Both the position numbers and the translations under genes were made by a program. 64,000 nucleotides of DNA from Candidatus Woesearchaeota archaeon (GTDB lineage Archaea; Nanobdellota; Nanobdellia; Woesearchaeales; UBA525): assembly GCA_028818155.1 (NCBI GenBank), contig JAPPOH010000008.1, positions 10,376-74,375 on the forward strand, in the 5' to 3' direction. A model generated the notes under the pieces. It was not told the DNA's origin. It searched no databases and worked only from the letters and a program-made list of their open reading frames with translations. Positions 1 through 9,832 of this stretch are shown here, piece by piece (position 1 is the stretch's first letter; each line of letters starts with the position of its first letter).

Positions 1-765
1 ATTCTTCTGTTTCAAGAGTTTTTTCGCGAGATGCACGTACTCGGGATTGAACTTTGATCTGCCAATCTCGTAGCCCATCGCTTTCAAGAAGTAGAAGATG
101 AGGACGCCGCCAACGAGGATCTTGTCAGCTTTTTTCGAGAGTTTCTTTATCAATGGTAACTTTGTCGACGCTTTATCCCCTCCCAAGAGGAAGACAAATG
201 GTTTCTTGACATTCTTGAAGTTCAGTGCATCTAGCTCATTCTGGAACAAGAAGCCAGCGAACGACGGCCGGTATTTTGGAATATCAACGATGGACGCGTG
301 TCCTTGGTAACTCCCAAAGGCGTCATTCACGTAAATATCTGCGTAGCTCGCGAGTTTTTTCGCGAATCGCTGGTTGTTCTGCTCTTCTCCAGGATGGAAT
401 CTGAGGTTTTCTAACAGCACTAATTTCTTTTTTGGAATGGAGTAGCTGATGCAATCTGGCACGAAATGGCAGTCGTATGCTAATTCATCTCTGAAATGCC
501 TCCAGACACCTTGGAGTGATTGCCTTCTGTCGTACGTGCCGTGCGGCCTACCGTGATGTGAGACGAGGATGAGTTGTTTCGCGCCCTTGTACAAGATATA
601 GTTGATCGTTGGGAGAATCTGCACAATCCGTTGGTGGTCACGCACGTTCCCTTTCCGATCGAGTGGTACGTTTACGTCCACGCGCATGAGGACGCGCTTG
701 CCTTTGAAATCCACATCCTTCACGGTGCGGTACTTTTTATTCTTTGTACGTGATCTCTTTTTCAT
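1..765 (-). CDS. pgk: phosphoglycerate kinase, N-terminal ~255 codons (3' end lies beyond the window edge)
   Basis: Absent from the ORF track because there is no stop in the window. My translation from ATG 765 downward reads MKKRSRTKNKKYRTVKDVDFKGKRVLMRVDVNVPLDRKGNV..LVSHHGRP..LLENLRFHPGEE..YVNDAFGS, the canonical PGK N-domain blocks. The start lies 29 nt inside the 3' end of the upstream gene. Confidence 0.85.
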   Translation of the reverse strand, partial: MKKRSRTKNKKYRTVKDVDFKGKRVLMRVDVNVPLDRKGNVRDHQRIVQILPTINYILYKGAKQLILVSHHGRPHGTYDRRQSLQGVWRHFRDELAYDCHFVPDCISYSIPKKKLVLLENLRFHPGEEQNNQRFAKKLASYADIYVNDAFGSYQGHASIVDIPKYRPSFAGFLFQNELDALNFKNVKKPFVFLLGGDKASTKLPLIKKLSKKADKILVGGVLIFYFLKAMGYEIGRSKFNPEYVHLAKKLLKQKN

Positions 766-1468
766 CGACTCTCCTCACTGGTTTTTCGTTTTCTTGTTCC
801 TCAACAGCATTCGCAACGAGACTTGGGAGGCGTGCAACGTAAAAGACGCCATTCCCTGCTTTTGTGGAAAAGCCCATCTCGCACAAGATAGCGGCGATGA
901 ACCCGTCAATATTCAATATAATTTTCTTTCCTTTTTGTTGCTCGAGTTCTTGTTCGATTGCGAAGGCAAGGTCAATAAACTTCGATTCGTATCCATGTTC
1001 CTTACACATGTCGTTGATTTGTGTAACTCTCGGATCTGCATCTTTGTGCACTTTATGACCGTAGCCGAAGATCACTTGCTTCTTCGCAAGGGATTCCTTG
1101 ACGAAACTCGCTGCTGCATCGTCATTTCCTGCCGCAACACACTGGAATTGTTGCATTGCTGCTGAGATCGCGCCGCCATGATACTTGCCGAGTGCTAAAA
1201 TGCCTGCAGCTGCTGCTGTGTTCAGGTCATTTCCTGTCGATGCAACAAACCTTGCTGCTTGGCTGCTCGCGACGCCCATGCCATGGTCGCAGCAACTCAC
1301 AAGAATGGCATTGAAGATCTTGGATTCTTGTTCGTCTGGCATTCGCTTGCCAAGGAGGAGAAAGACAGCATCACTGAACGATGCGTTCGCTGTGAGATCT
1401 GAGAGTGTTTCTCCTCGGATAATATGCTCTTCATCTTGGAGTTTGCTGATGCTCGTTGTGTAGTTCAT
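737..1468 (-). CDS. ccl: citryl-CoA lyase-like short citrate-synthase-fold protein (243 aa)
   Basis: Citrate-synthase-fold blocks KYHGGA, GYGHKVHKDADPR and NIDGF. At 243 aa it is too short for a full citrate synthase and is in the size class of citryl-CoA lyase or the C-terminal module of ATP-citrate lyase. The ATG overlaps the upstream stop by 4 nt. Confidence 0.7.
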   Translation of the reverse strand: MNYTTSISKLQDEEHIIRGETLSDLTANASFSDAVFLLLGKRMPDEQESKIFNAILVSCCDHGMGVASSQAARFVASTGNDLNTAAAAGILALGKYHGGAISAAMQQFQCVAAGNDDAAASFVKESLAKKQVIFGYGHKVHKDADPRVTQINDMCKEHGYESKFIDLAFAIEQELEQQKGKKIILNIDGFIAAILCEMGFSTKAGNGVFYVARLPSLVANAVEEQENEKPVRRVDEKEITYKE

Positions 1469-2349
1469 TGTAGTGCTTCCTGTACGAGTTCTGGAATTTG
1501 ATAGTGGTAATCTGCGACGAGAACGCCTGCGTCTTGCAGGATTCGTTTCTTCGCGTTCGCTGTATTCTCCTTGTCCACGATCGCCCCCGCATGGCCGAGT
1601 GCGAGACTCCTATTTAAAGTCTCTGCGAATTGGCCGCCAATGAAGGCGATGACGGGCTTGGTGAACTTCTTTTCATGTACATGCTGTGCGACGTGTTGTT
1701 CGTACCTTCCTCCGAATTCGCCGAACATGACGACAGCTGCTGTCCCTTCATCTTGTTCAAAATAGTCGAGCACGTCCGTGAAGGTTGTGCCAATGAGCAT
1801 ATCCCCTCCTATGCCGACAACAGTACTCTGGCCGAGGCCTGCCTGCGTTAAAATATTGGCTGTTTCTCCTGACATACCACCACTCTTGCTGATAATGCCG
1901 ATATTCCCTTTTGAGTAGGCTTCGTTCTGGCCTGGAAAGCCGATGCTGCCGATCTTACCAAGAGCGGTGTTCATGATCCCGATTGATGCAGGGCCGATGA
2001 CGCGTTTTCCATTCGTTCGTGCATGTTCGATGAGTTTCGCTGTGTCTTGTACGGGCACGTTCTCTGAAATGATGATGAGTAGTTCGATCCCGGCGTCCAT
2101 CGCTTCCATTGCAGCTCCGTACACGAAGAGTGGTGGCACGTACAGGACGGATGTGTTGATGGCTGGATCGTGCTCCTTCGCTTCTTGCACTGAGTTGAAG
2201 ATTGGTTTGCCGTGGACTTCTTGCCCGCCTTTGCCTGGTGTGACGCCCGCACTCAGAGTGATGCCTGACTCTATCATTAATTCGCTTGCGCGTGTGCCTT
2301 CTTTGCCAGTCATACCCTGTACTAAGACAACGGTCTCTTTCGTTAACAT
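1465..2349 (-). CDS. ccsB: CoA-ligase alpha-type subunit (citryl-CoA/succinyl-CoA synthetase small subunit family), 294 aa
   Basis: N-terminal VLVQGMTGKEGT CoA-binding block, phosphohistidine loop LGHAGAIV, and SKSGGMS / GIGGD blocks typical of SucD/AclA-type subunits. Overlaps both neighbouring genes. Confidence 0.75.
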   Translation of the reverse strand: MLTKETVVLVQGMTGKEGTRASELMIESGITLSAGVTPGKGGQEVHGKPIFNSVQEAKEHDPAINTSVLYVPPLFVYGAAMEAMDAGIELLIIISENVPVQDTAKLIEHARTNGKRVIGPASIGIMNTALGKIGSIGFPGQNEAYSKGNIGIISKSGGMSGETANILTQAGLGQSTVVGIGGDMLIGTTFTDVLDYFEQDEGTAAVVMFGEFGGRYEQHVAQHVHEKKFTKPVIAFIGGQFAETLNRSLALGHAGAIVDKENTANAKKRILQDAGVLVADYHYQIPELVQEALQ

Positions 2350-3467
2350 CCGGACACCTTCTCGACGATGATGTGTGCTGCTTTGCTCATCGGCATTTCC
2401 TCTCCGTACAATGTGAGGTCGATATTGTGTTTGTCTGCTCGCTCACGAAGCATAGCGAATGCTTCTTTGTCTCGTGGCCCAGCTCTCCTGATCACAATAG
2501 GATAGTCTGGTTTTTTCTCAACGATAACATCCATGAAGCCGCCAAGTGTTTCGTACACGTCTGTGAAGTTTGCCTTGCCGCCCACGACAATACAGCCTTT
2601 CAAGTTTTTCTGACTTAACGTAAGTTCTGTAAGTCTTGCGACTTTTTCTCGTGGTGGATTCCCAGAGAACTCTGTGTAGTTTGCTGGTTTCCCGCCCGCT
2701 TGGACGATTGCGTCCATGGATGTGAGAGAGGCGCCACCGCCAATCGCAATCACAGCAAGATCGCCATTCATCTCGACGAACGTCTTGCCAGCTACCCCCC
2801 TATGATCGTGTTCGTCAATCTTCCTTGCTTCCCGCTCTAAGTCCGTGAGGAATGATGTGTCTTCTTGGATATCTTTGAACGCGTCATGTCTTTTCAGTGA
2901 GGCATCATCGATCGTGATTTTTGCATCTCCTGCGTAGAGACCTTCTGCTGTCTTGATAATGGGATTGATTTCCAACTGGATGCAATCGTTTTCCTTGAAG
3001 CAGTCCACTGCTTTTGTGATGAGTTCTTGGAGTTCTTTATTTTCAGTGATTGTTGGCGGATCTTCTGATATAGAGAATGGATGCTTTGTTACGTTTCCTG
3101 TTTCCTCGATGTCAATCCCGCCCTCTTCTGAGAAGACAATCATGGGGCCGCGTGTATCTGTGTCGTACAGCACGCTCAGAAAGTATTCTGCTTGCACGTC
3201 AAGCGCGTCTTCGACTAATATACTTGTGACTGGTGCGTTGTTGTACGTCTTACTGAAGAACTCCTTTGCGATTGTCTCCGCTGCTTCTTGGTTCTCAGCT
3301 TTCGCAATCAGTCCTTGTTTTTTTCTCTTGCCGCCAACGACTTGTGCTTTGAGCATGACGGGCCCTGTAATATTCAGTTCTTGAGAATTTGTGATAACAA
3401 CGCCAGCGGGAACCCTGATGCCCGACTTCGTAAGCAGCTCTTTCCCCCTATACTCAACGAGCTTCAT
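2343..3467 (-). CDS. ccsA: ATP-grasp beta-type subunit of a citryl-CoA synthetase / ATP-citrate-lyase-like enzyme
   Basis: ATP-grasp N-terminus MKLVEYRGKELLTKSGIRVP. I prefer ATG 3467 over the track start 3527. The C-terminal GGKANFTDV block resembles the ACL/CCS ANFT(N/D)V block rather than the SucC GGI(V/M)RC block. Confidence 0.65.
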   Translation of the reverse strand: MKLVEYRGKELLTKSGIRVPAGVVITNSQELNITGPVMLKAQVVGGKRKKQGLIAKAENQEAAETIAKEFFSKTYNNAPVTSILVEDALDVQAEYFLSVLYDTDTRGPMIVFSEEGGIDIEETGNVTKHPFSISEDPPTITENKELQELITKAVDCFKENDCIQLEINPIIKTAEGLYAGDAKITIDDASLKRHDAFKDIQEDTSFLTDLEREARKIDEHDHRGVAGKTFVEMNGDLAVIAIGGGASLTSMDAIVQAGGKPANYTEFSGNPPREKVARLTELTLSQKNLKGCIVVGGKANFTDVYETLGGFMDVIVEKKPDYPIVIRRAGPRDKEAFAMLRERADKHNIDLTLYGEEMPMSKAAHIIVEKVSGC

Positions 3468-3552
3468 TCCTCTATGGAGGGCACTCTGACTGTTTAAGAA
3501 GGTTGTGGTTCTCGAGGATTTGTGCAAGAATTATGTTTGTGCTAGAATGCAG

Positions 3553-4557
3553 CTACAAAAGATTGTACTGCATTGGACTTCCTTTTGTCGTCATACGATC
3601 TTTGAGCATTAAGCCAATACTTCCATCTCGTGTAGTTGGATCGAATACGATTTTCGTTTCAACGTTGAGAGCTTTCAACCCGGCTTGTAATTCTTCAGTT
3701 CCAACGGATACTTCCCTGTACGCGGCGCTTGGATCAGCATTATCTCCCCAACGAAGGAGGTCTACCATCAAAACACCAGTATCAACAAGTTCTGTAGCTG
3801 CACCGTTTCGTAGTGTTGGAGTATCAACTGCGTCAAGAATAGTGGCTTTCACCCTTTCAGCACGTCTAGCTTTCTTTGCTTCTGGTAATGTGGGTCGTAC
3901 GTAGAGGACATCTGCATCGAAATCGACATCTACGTATCCGTTGTTCGCCCAAGGAGTAAGTGAAAAAACACAAGAAATACCATATGGTTCCCATGCCTTC
4001 GCAAGGGGTCCAAAGCGGGCAACGGCTTCTTGATACAATTCTGCTGGACGCTCATTACCATTCTCCCCGTACACCAATGAATGTCCTCCGTTCCAGACAA
4101 TATCACTTGCCCAATCGTATCGTGGATTGAAAACAGTCAATCGTGGTTTATCTAATGCTTGCTGGGCGTCTTGAGGAGGCATTACTTGCATCAATACCTC
4201 AGCTATTTGATCTAAACCCGAAGAACCTCTGTTCCTTCTTGCAGCTTGATTCGTGGTATTGATGAGTTGCACCGCATATGTATCATCACCGAGCTCCAAC
4301 TGACAATTGATACCGAGATCAGCCAACGCTGCTGCGAGTTCTTCTTGACCTGCTCTTGCTTCTGCTTCGCTTCCGTATCCTACAGTAGAACTGCCGTTCC
4401 AAGCGAGATTACTCGTATCCAATCTCACGTGTTCAGGAAGCGCTGCGGCTAACGCGGCTTCATGGCTGCACAACGTTGCAGATGCTTTTCGATCTCTTCG
4501 TTTCGCGTTCCTCCATAAACGCTGAACTTCAGTAGGTGCTACGCCTTCCAGAGCCAT
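3553..4557 (-). CDS. hypothetical protein (334 aa), no domain recognised
   Basis: Long ATG-initiated ORF with no competing frame. Its Ala/Arg/Gly-rich composition contrasts with the Lys/Ile/Glu-rich neighbours. Confidence 0.5.
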   Translation of the reverse strand: MALEGVAPTEVQRLWRNAKRRDRKASATLCSHEAALAAALPEHVRLDTSNLAWNGSSTVGYGSEAEARAGQEELAAALADLGINCQLELGDDTYAVQLINTTNQAARRNRGSSGLDQIAEVLMQVMPPQDAQQALDKPRLTVFNPRYDWASDIVWNGGHSLVYGENGNERPAELYQEAVARFGPLAKAWEPYGISCVFSLTPWANNGYVDVDFDADVLYVRPTLPEAKKARRAERVKATILDAVDTPTLRNGAATELVDTGVLMVDLLRWGDNADPSAAYREVSVGTEELQAGLKALNVETKIVFDPTTRDGSIGLMLKDRMTTKGSPMQYNLL

Positions 4558-4679
4558 TCTCAGGTGGAACCGATTAGCGTTTAAATGTTTTTCTCTCTTA
4601 ACTACTTAAAGATAAGTACGAAAAGAGCCACTGGACATGCACGCGCAAAGTATATAAGGAAGTACTGTTTCTTTGCAGT

Positions 4680-5135
4680 ATGAATGGGATGATAAGCGAC
4701 CTCAAACTGCAGCAAATAGAAAAACGACTCGATACACAATTGAAGGATTTTGGAAGTATGAAACAGCGAGCAGAAATATACATAGTTGTGTGCTCGCTTT
4801 TTATGACACTCCCGATAGCGAACATGACAGTATTTGTGCAGAGCACACTTAGTGAAATAGGGTTCTCAATCGGCCTTGTTCTGCTCCTGTTCAGTATTCT
4901 CCTTATTTTACGAGGTGTCAACGTTACGAAGCCTACAGACTTAGTAGGAGTAGACTCTCGCGCGAAAACGAAGAAGGCATTTGTGCAAGAACTCACAGAA
5001 AACTATAGATTTCACATACGGCGGAATACACAAGTACGAGCAAGAGGAGAATCATTCCTTATTCTTGCAGAAAAATTTATAATGATGAGTGTGTGTATGT
5101 TCGTTGCAAGCATGCTCATCGGAATGATACTATGA
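4680..5135 (+). CDS. hypothetical membrane protein (151 aa)
   Basis: Three hydrophobic helices (IYIVVCSLFMTLPIANMTVF, GFSIGLVLLLFSILLIL, FIMMSVCMFVASMLIGMIL). The overlapping antisense ORF 4598-4996 looks non-coding (Cys/Ser/Arg-rich). Confidence 0.4.
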   Translation: MNGMISDLKLQQIEKRLDTQLKDFGSMKQRAEIYIVVCSLFMTLPIANMTVFVQSTLSEIGFSIGLVLLLFSILLILRGVNVTKPTDLVGVDSRAKTKKAFVQELTENYRFHIRRNTQVRARGESFLILAEKFIMMSVCMFVASMLIGMIL

Positions 5136-5250
5136 AACAGAAAATGCCTTCACTCGGCTCATGGACAATTGGCGGAACAAAAAAACTCACGTGGGATGAC
5201 TGGAAAGTCTTCTTTGGATTGAAAAAACCGTAGAATTCTCGATTTCGCTA

Positions 5251-7485
5251 CTAAATCCTAACGAGATTCCCAGCGATGAATCCGAACATGACAATCGTCA
5301 CGGCGCTAATAATCACGTACAATGCTGGACTCCGAAGCAAATTCACACCCAATTGACTTTCTTCAGCTAACGAATCAGCACCATTCTCAATCCCGTTCAC
5401 CATGATCGTCAAGATATACGTGATCTGTACAACATAGATGCCAACAATCGCTTGAAAGTGAAACGTTGGGATCCCCCCAGCACCAAAGACTTCAAAAATC
5501 GCACCAGCACCGCCCGCAGCGGATAAATCACCAGTACTCCCCCCTAATTCTGTTAACTTCGCAGAGATTTTCCCAAGAAGAGAAGCAATCATGCTCGTAA
5601 TTCCAATCACAATACCCGCAATGACTGGTGTTAAGAACGCAATCTGCGATTTCATACTTGAGATCACGTCACTCATTAGATCTTTCAACCGCTCATCCAC
5701 ACGGTGCATTTGCTTAATGTACTCACTCACGTTAATCAGTGCCTGCGAAGCAATCAACGGTCCTTTCTTGGAACTTTCCGAGAGCACTTTCATGCTACTT
5801 TCAATGATACTGCTCGGGTAAAACAAAATAGCACCCCGTTCTCGATCAAACAACGCATCATCAACACTCATACCGAGCTTTGTAATATTCGTCGTCACAA
5901 TATCAAAGAACTCTCCAGTTTTCGTATCCTCAAGCACATCAGCAACTTTCGCAAAGGCGATCTCAGCAGGGATACCATCCCCTAACCTATTCCCGAGCTG
6001 GAACAACGCGGACGCAAACTCCTGCTCGAGTTCTTTTGTTTCATCTCGAATTTTGATAACGTTTCGTGCACGAGAAAAATAATAGATGCCGATCGAGACA
6101 CCGAGACCAAGCGGGATGAGTAAGCTCATCAGAATAGCGCCAATACCGTACGGTCCGTTCGTTCTATCAGAGAGAGGATCTGAAGGATTTTTCGGCCGAT
6201 AGTCGAGAAAAAAGAACGCTGCTTCTTTGTACAAGTCAGAATCGACGCGAGTTTCTAAGAGCGCTCCATCAATGAACACCCAATCATACTCTTGATTCGC
6301 GTAGTGGTACTCCAGAGGAAAAAACGCAACCAACAGCATGCCAAATAGAATAATACTACTCAATACGGCAGGAGAAACACGTACAATATCCTTCCCCCGA
6401 ATCGTCAGATTAAATGTCTTGTACCGCTTGAGCGCGGGATTCACCTCAGTGATATCTGTGTTCCCATACCCGGTCGGCCGTGTACTCAAAATTGATTTCG
6501 CGAGCACGTAGACAAGTCCAGGCAACGCAAGATTGTAGACGATCGCCATGTGAAACCATTTCACACCCTCAATGAAGTTCACCATTAACGGCAGGATCAC
6601 TAACCCTAGAATCGGCAAGATCACACCAAGCATATGCAACGCAGTTAACGGGGATTTCAAGTTGTGTGCGTAGTGCAACATTTTCTCATACGTTTCCTCA
6701 AGCATAACGTGCAACGATTTGTCTAGCATCTCTAATCGTCGCGCTTCAGAACCTTCTAAGAGCGATCCTTCTATCAAGTGCATGCTCTCAATGAATTCAG
6801 GATTCCACTCTTTCCATGTCTCGAGGTAAATATCCAAGCTCTCTTTCATGGAATCGTACTTGTCCGTCTCGATATCCCAGAGTATCTTCTTCATGTCCAA
6901 CGAGAGTGGCGGCCCAAGGTGTTCCCCAGCAAAATCAATCGCCAGTTCCAAATTGGACGTATGACGCATGTACGTCACAACATAAAACACACAGAGCACC
7001 ATTTGATTACTCGCACGCATCCGCCAATTATTCGCGAGATAAAACGGAAACTTCTGCAACGGAATGATGATGCCAAGCCCAACAATCACACCAAAGAGTA
7101 ACACGAACAATGATCCGTACGCAGCAGGTGCTTCCGCGCCCAGTGCTGACGCAATGAGTATTGGTCCGATAAAGCAAAGTAACGAAACCAGGATAATCAA
7201 CACGAGCGGGAACAAGATGGAGAATGCATACACACCACTTGGCGTCGTCGAAACATGACTCACGCGAAGTGCTTCTGTAAGTTTTTCACTCGTCGCAGGA
7301 TCCGGCTTCAGGCTGAGTACACGTTCACTCAGGTTACATACCTTTTCATACAATGACATGTGCTTTGGCATGTACTGCTCTTTAAACTCTCGATACTGGC
7401 GAGAGGAAAGCTGTACGTGTTCTTCACCAAGACCTGTTTTGATGCGATCGACGTACTTCTTTTTCAAATCATCAACAGAGGGCAT
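5251..7485 (-). CDS. polytopic platform protein of a type IV pilus-like machine (FlaJ/TadC/PilC class, two T2SS-F-like cytoplasmic repeats), 744 aa
   Basis: Alternating TM bundles and two helical cytoplasmic domains (..LELAIDFAGEHLGPPLSLDMKKILWDIE.. and ..FASALFQLGNRLGDGIPAEIAFAKVADVLED..). The ATG overlaps the stop of the upstream ATPase gene (TAATG). Confidence 0.6.
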   Translation of the reverse strand: MPSVDDLKKKYVDRIKTGLGEEHVQLSSRQYREFKEQYMPKHMSLYEKVCNLSERVLSLKPDPATSEKLTEALRVSHVSTTPSGVYAFSILFPLVLIILVSLLCFIGPILIASALGAEAPAAYGSLFVLLFGVIVGLGIIIPLQKFPFYLANNWRMRASNQMVLCVFYVVTYMRHTSNLELAIDFAGEHLGPPLSLDMKKILWDIETDKYDSMKESLDIYLETWKEWNPEFIESMHLIEGSLLEGSEARRLEMLDKSLHVMLEETYEKMLHYAHNLKSPLTALHMLGVILPILGLVILPLMVNFIEGVKWFHMAIVYNLALPGLVYVLAKSILSTRPTGYGNTDITEVNPALKRYKTFNLTIRGKDIVRVSPAVLSSIILFGMLLVAFFPLEYHYANQEYDWVFIDGALLETRVDSDLYKEAAFFFLDYRPKNPSDPLSDRTNGPYGIGAILMSLLIPLGLGVSIGIYYFSRARNVIKIRDETKELEQEFASALFQLGNRLGDGIPAEIAFAKVADVLEDTKTGEFFDIVTTNITKLGMSVDDALFDRERGAILFYPSSIIESSMKVLSESSKKGPLIASQALINVSEYIKQMHRVDERLKDLMSDVISSMKSQIAFLTPVIAGIVIGITSMIASLLGKISAKLTELGGSTGDLSAAGGAGAIFEVFGAGGIPTFHFQAIVGIYVVQITYILTIMVNGIENGADSLAEESQLGVNLLRSPALYVIISAVTIVMFGFIAGNLVRI

Positions 7486-9764
7486 TACATCTCCTTCCGC
7501 TTCAACAACTCACGCTGCAGCCATTCATTCCACGAAAAATAAATCTCATCAGCGTCCAATTTCCCTACACGCTCGCGAACTTCCTCACTGCACCTGTGAA
7601 ACGCATCGTTCGCAAGCACAACGAACGGCGCTTCTAGGAGGTCAAGATTCTCTTCAGCAACCTCGATGAGTCGTTCTTTTACCTTTCCACGGAGCATAAT
7701 GTTCTCCCAGACCGCTTCCCAATCACCCGCCCACTCACGAACGTTCCCGGCAATCGACTTGATAATATCAGAGTCACCATTCAACAGCGCGTCTGTCGGC
7801 TCGAGCTGATCTGTTGCCGCATTATACTTCATCAGGTCAACAAACCCATTTTCCTTGAGCGGATCCTTCTCCCAATCTTTTCGCACTTCGGTGATCTGTG
7901 TCACTCGTCGCGCACTGTGCAGGCCATCGGCGGACTTGACAGGGTTTGCGACAATAAGAATATCTGTCGCCTTGAAACTCGTTCGCGGTACACCGAGATC
8001 GTTCACCACGCGATCGAAGACACCATACGGACTATCACCGTGAATCGTTCCTGCAACAATATTAGCAAGTGCACCAACACGCATCGCTTCATACAATGCT
8101 TTGGCTTCCTTGCTGCGTACTTCTCCAATGACGAGGGCAGAGTCACCAAGACGCAACGTTGTTCGTATTCCTTCATCAGCGGGCACCTCACTCTCTCCTT
8201 TGCTGAGCGCACCAGCGACCTTCATTGGCTGAATGTTATAGCCGAGGTTCCTGAGTGCACGTACGGGCAACTCTAACGTATCCTCAATCGTGATGATCCG
8301 GTATTTTCGCATCACTTCCACCATGATGCTGCCAAGCAGACTCGATTTTCCAGCACTTCTCGTTCCTGCAATGAGCATCGTCCTGTTGCCGTCAATCAAG
8401 AAAGAAAGCAGTCCTGCTGCCATCGTTGTTAACATGCCATTCTTAATGAATAATGGGAGCGTCCACGGCTTATCTCTGTGTCTTCTGAATGCATACGCAA
8501 TCCCTGTCGGGTTCAGCGGTGGGGCAATCACACCAACACGCGCGTTCGCAATACTGGGGATCTCGATTTCCGTATCTAAAACGGGATCCGCTTCATCTAA
8601 CGGTCTCCCACTCATGATCCTGAGCTTTGTCGCCCATGACTCACCATCCTGGACAGAGGGAAAGATATTCGTTTTGCACTCGCCGAACTCTTCATGCACC
8701 ACATACATTGGGATCTGTCCCATCGGGCTATTCACGGTAATATCTTGCACTTTCGGATCTTCAAGTAAGACTTCAATCAGCCCGAATCCCACAGTATAGC
8801 GAATCAAAATGTGCGTGAGCTCTTCGAGCTCTTCTTCACGCAAGTGAATATGACGGATCCCAGCAAGCTCTTCGAGCAAGTCCTTGCCGACATTCACGAA
8901 CACCTCACGTAAGCGATCAGGGTTCGCGAGTTCATCCTTCTGCGGCTTGTGCTCCGCAAGAATATTCCTCGCCTGATCCAAGAGCTCATATCGATCTTCT
9001 CCAATTTGGAATTCAGGAGGCGTTACATGGTACAAATACTGAATGTCATCATCAAGTTGAAAGATAATCACGCTATTCTCGCCAACATGATAGCTTGCGA
9101 TCTCCCGCGCGCCGCGCGGTAAATTTGCCATTAACTTCGTGAACATGAAATCCGGCTTGATATTCGGACTGAAAACTCGCTTGTACACGTCCCTGTCGCC
9201 AATATGCAAACCTGGCAAGTGTGGAGATAATTTCGTAATGAGTTGTGTTTTCTCAAGAACCTCTGTGATATTCTCCAGGAGTTTGATGTACCTATGCTGT
9301 GCTCGCCGATCATCAGGTGCTGTCGTTTTCTCTAGTGCGATGCGTTCGCGCCTGATCGCTCTCTTTAAGAGGACAAATGCACCACCAGGATCCTTTCGTA
9401 GGCGGTGAGAAATAATGTCTTGTAGCTCAGCATACGCTCGCTGTGGATCAATCGTGCCGCCAAAACTCTTTAGCTTAACGAGACTGTACTGCTCACTGTG
9501 TTTGATGAATCGTGCGTACACACCTGCAATCTCTTGCAGGAGTTTTACCTGCGGATACTCGTACTCGTACTCTCTTCTCTGAGAGTAGACAATTTTTGTC
9601 GCATTCGGATTTTCAATGAGCAGATCAACTGCCATTGCCATGAATCGCTCCTCATCCTCAATACTGGGTACGATGGGAACCGATTCAGCGCTGATTCTGA
9701 TAACTGTCTCATCGCCTTCCCGTTGCACTTCTGTTGCAAGAACGTCGTTTGCTATCAGCCCCAC
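7485..9764 (-). CDS. type II/IV secretion-family ATPase (PilB/FlaI/VirB11 class) with a ~400-aa N-terminal extension
   Basis: Walker A GTRSAGKSS, Asp box RIITIEDTLEL, Walker B ALVIGEVRSKEA, His box GTIHGDS. The track start 9872 is a TTG lying upstream of the only TATA box. I prefer GTG 9764, about 30 nt downstream of that TATA. Confidence 0.8.
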   Translation of the reverse strand: MGLIANDVLATEVQREGDETVIRISAESVPIVPSIEDEERFMAMAVDLLIENPNATKIVYSQRREYEYEYPQVKLLQEIAGVYARFIKHSEQYSLVKLKSFGGTIDPQRAYAELQDIISHRLRKDPGGAFVLLKRAIRRERIALEKTTAPDDRRAQHRYIKLLENITEVLEKTQLITKLSPHLPGLHIGDRDVYKRVFSPNIKPDFMFTKLMANLPRGAREIASYHVGENSVIIFQLDDDIQYLYHVTPPEFQIGEDRYELLDQARNILAEHKPQKDELANPDRLREVFVNVGKDLLEELAGIRHIHLREEELEELTHILIRYTVGFGLIEVLLEDPKVQDITVNSPMGQIPMYVVHEEFGECKTNIFPSVQDGESWATKLRIMSGRPLDEADPVLDTEIEIPSIANARVGVIAPPLNPTGIAYAFRRHRDKPWTLPLFIKNGMLTTMAAGLLSFLIDGNRTMLIAGTRSAGKSSLLGSIMVEVMRKYRIITIEDTLELPVRALRNLGYNIQPMKVAGALSKGESEVPADEGIRTTLRLGDSALVIGEVRSKEAKALYEAMRVGALANIVAGTIHGDSPYGVFDRVVNDLGVPRTSFKATDILIVANPVKSADGLHSARRVTQITEVRKDWEKDPLKENGFVDLMKYNAATDQLEPTDALLNGDSDIIKSIAGNVREWAGDWEAVWENIMLRGKVKERLIEVAEENLDLLEAPFVVLANDAFHRCSEEVRERVGKLDADEIYFSWNEWLQRELLKRKEM

Positions 9765-9791
9765 CTCTCGACGATACAGCCTGTGGTAAAC

Positions 9792-9799
9792 TATATAAA
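9792..9799. promoter_or_regulatory. shared near-palindromic TATA box (TATATAAA) between divergent ATPase and coiled-coil operons
   Basis: This is the only TATA-like element in the divergent interval. The minus-strand GTG is at 9764. On the plus strand, GAGGTGAGG (9822-9830) precedes TTG 9833. Confidence 0.45.
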
Positions 9800-9832
9800 G
9801 GTTGCTCCGTCTAAGACCTGTGAGGTGAGGGG

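Noticed and set aside
98-1165. Plus-strand track ORFs 98-310, 602-1165 and 864-1058.
   Set aside because: They are antisense to pgk and ccl, whose translations carry canonical family motifs.
1465-3467. Reading the two CoA-ligase subunits as ordinary succinyl-CoA synthetase (sucCD).
   Set aside because: The ANFTDV block in the beta-type subunit, and the fused operon with a 243-aa citrate-synthase-fold protein, fit the ACL/CCS type better. This is not fully excluded without a phylogeny.
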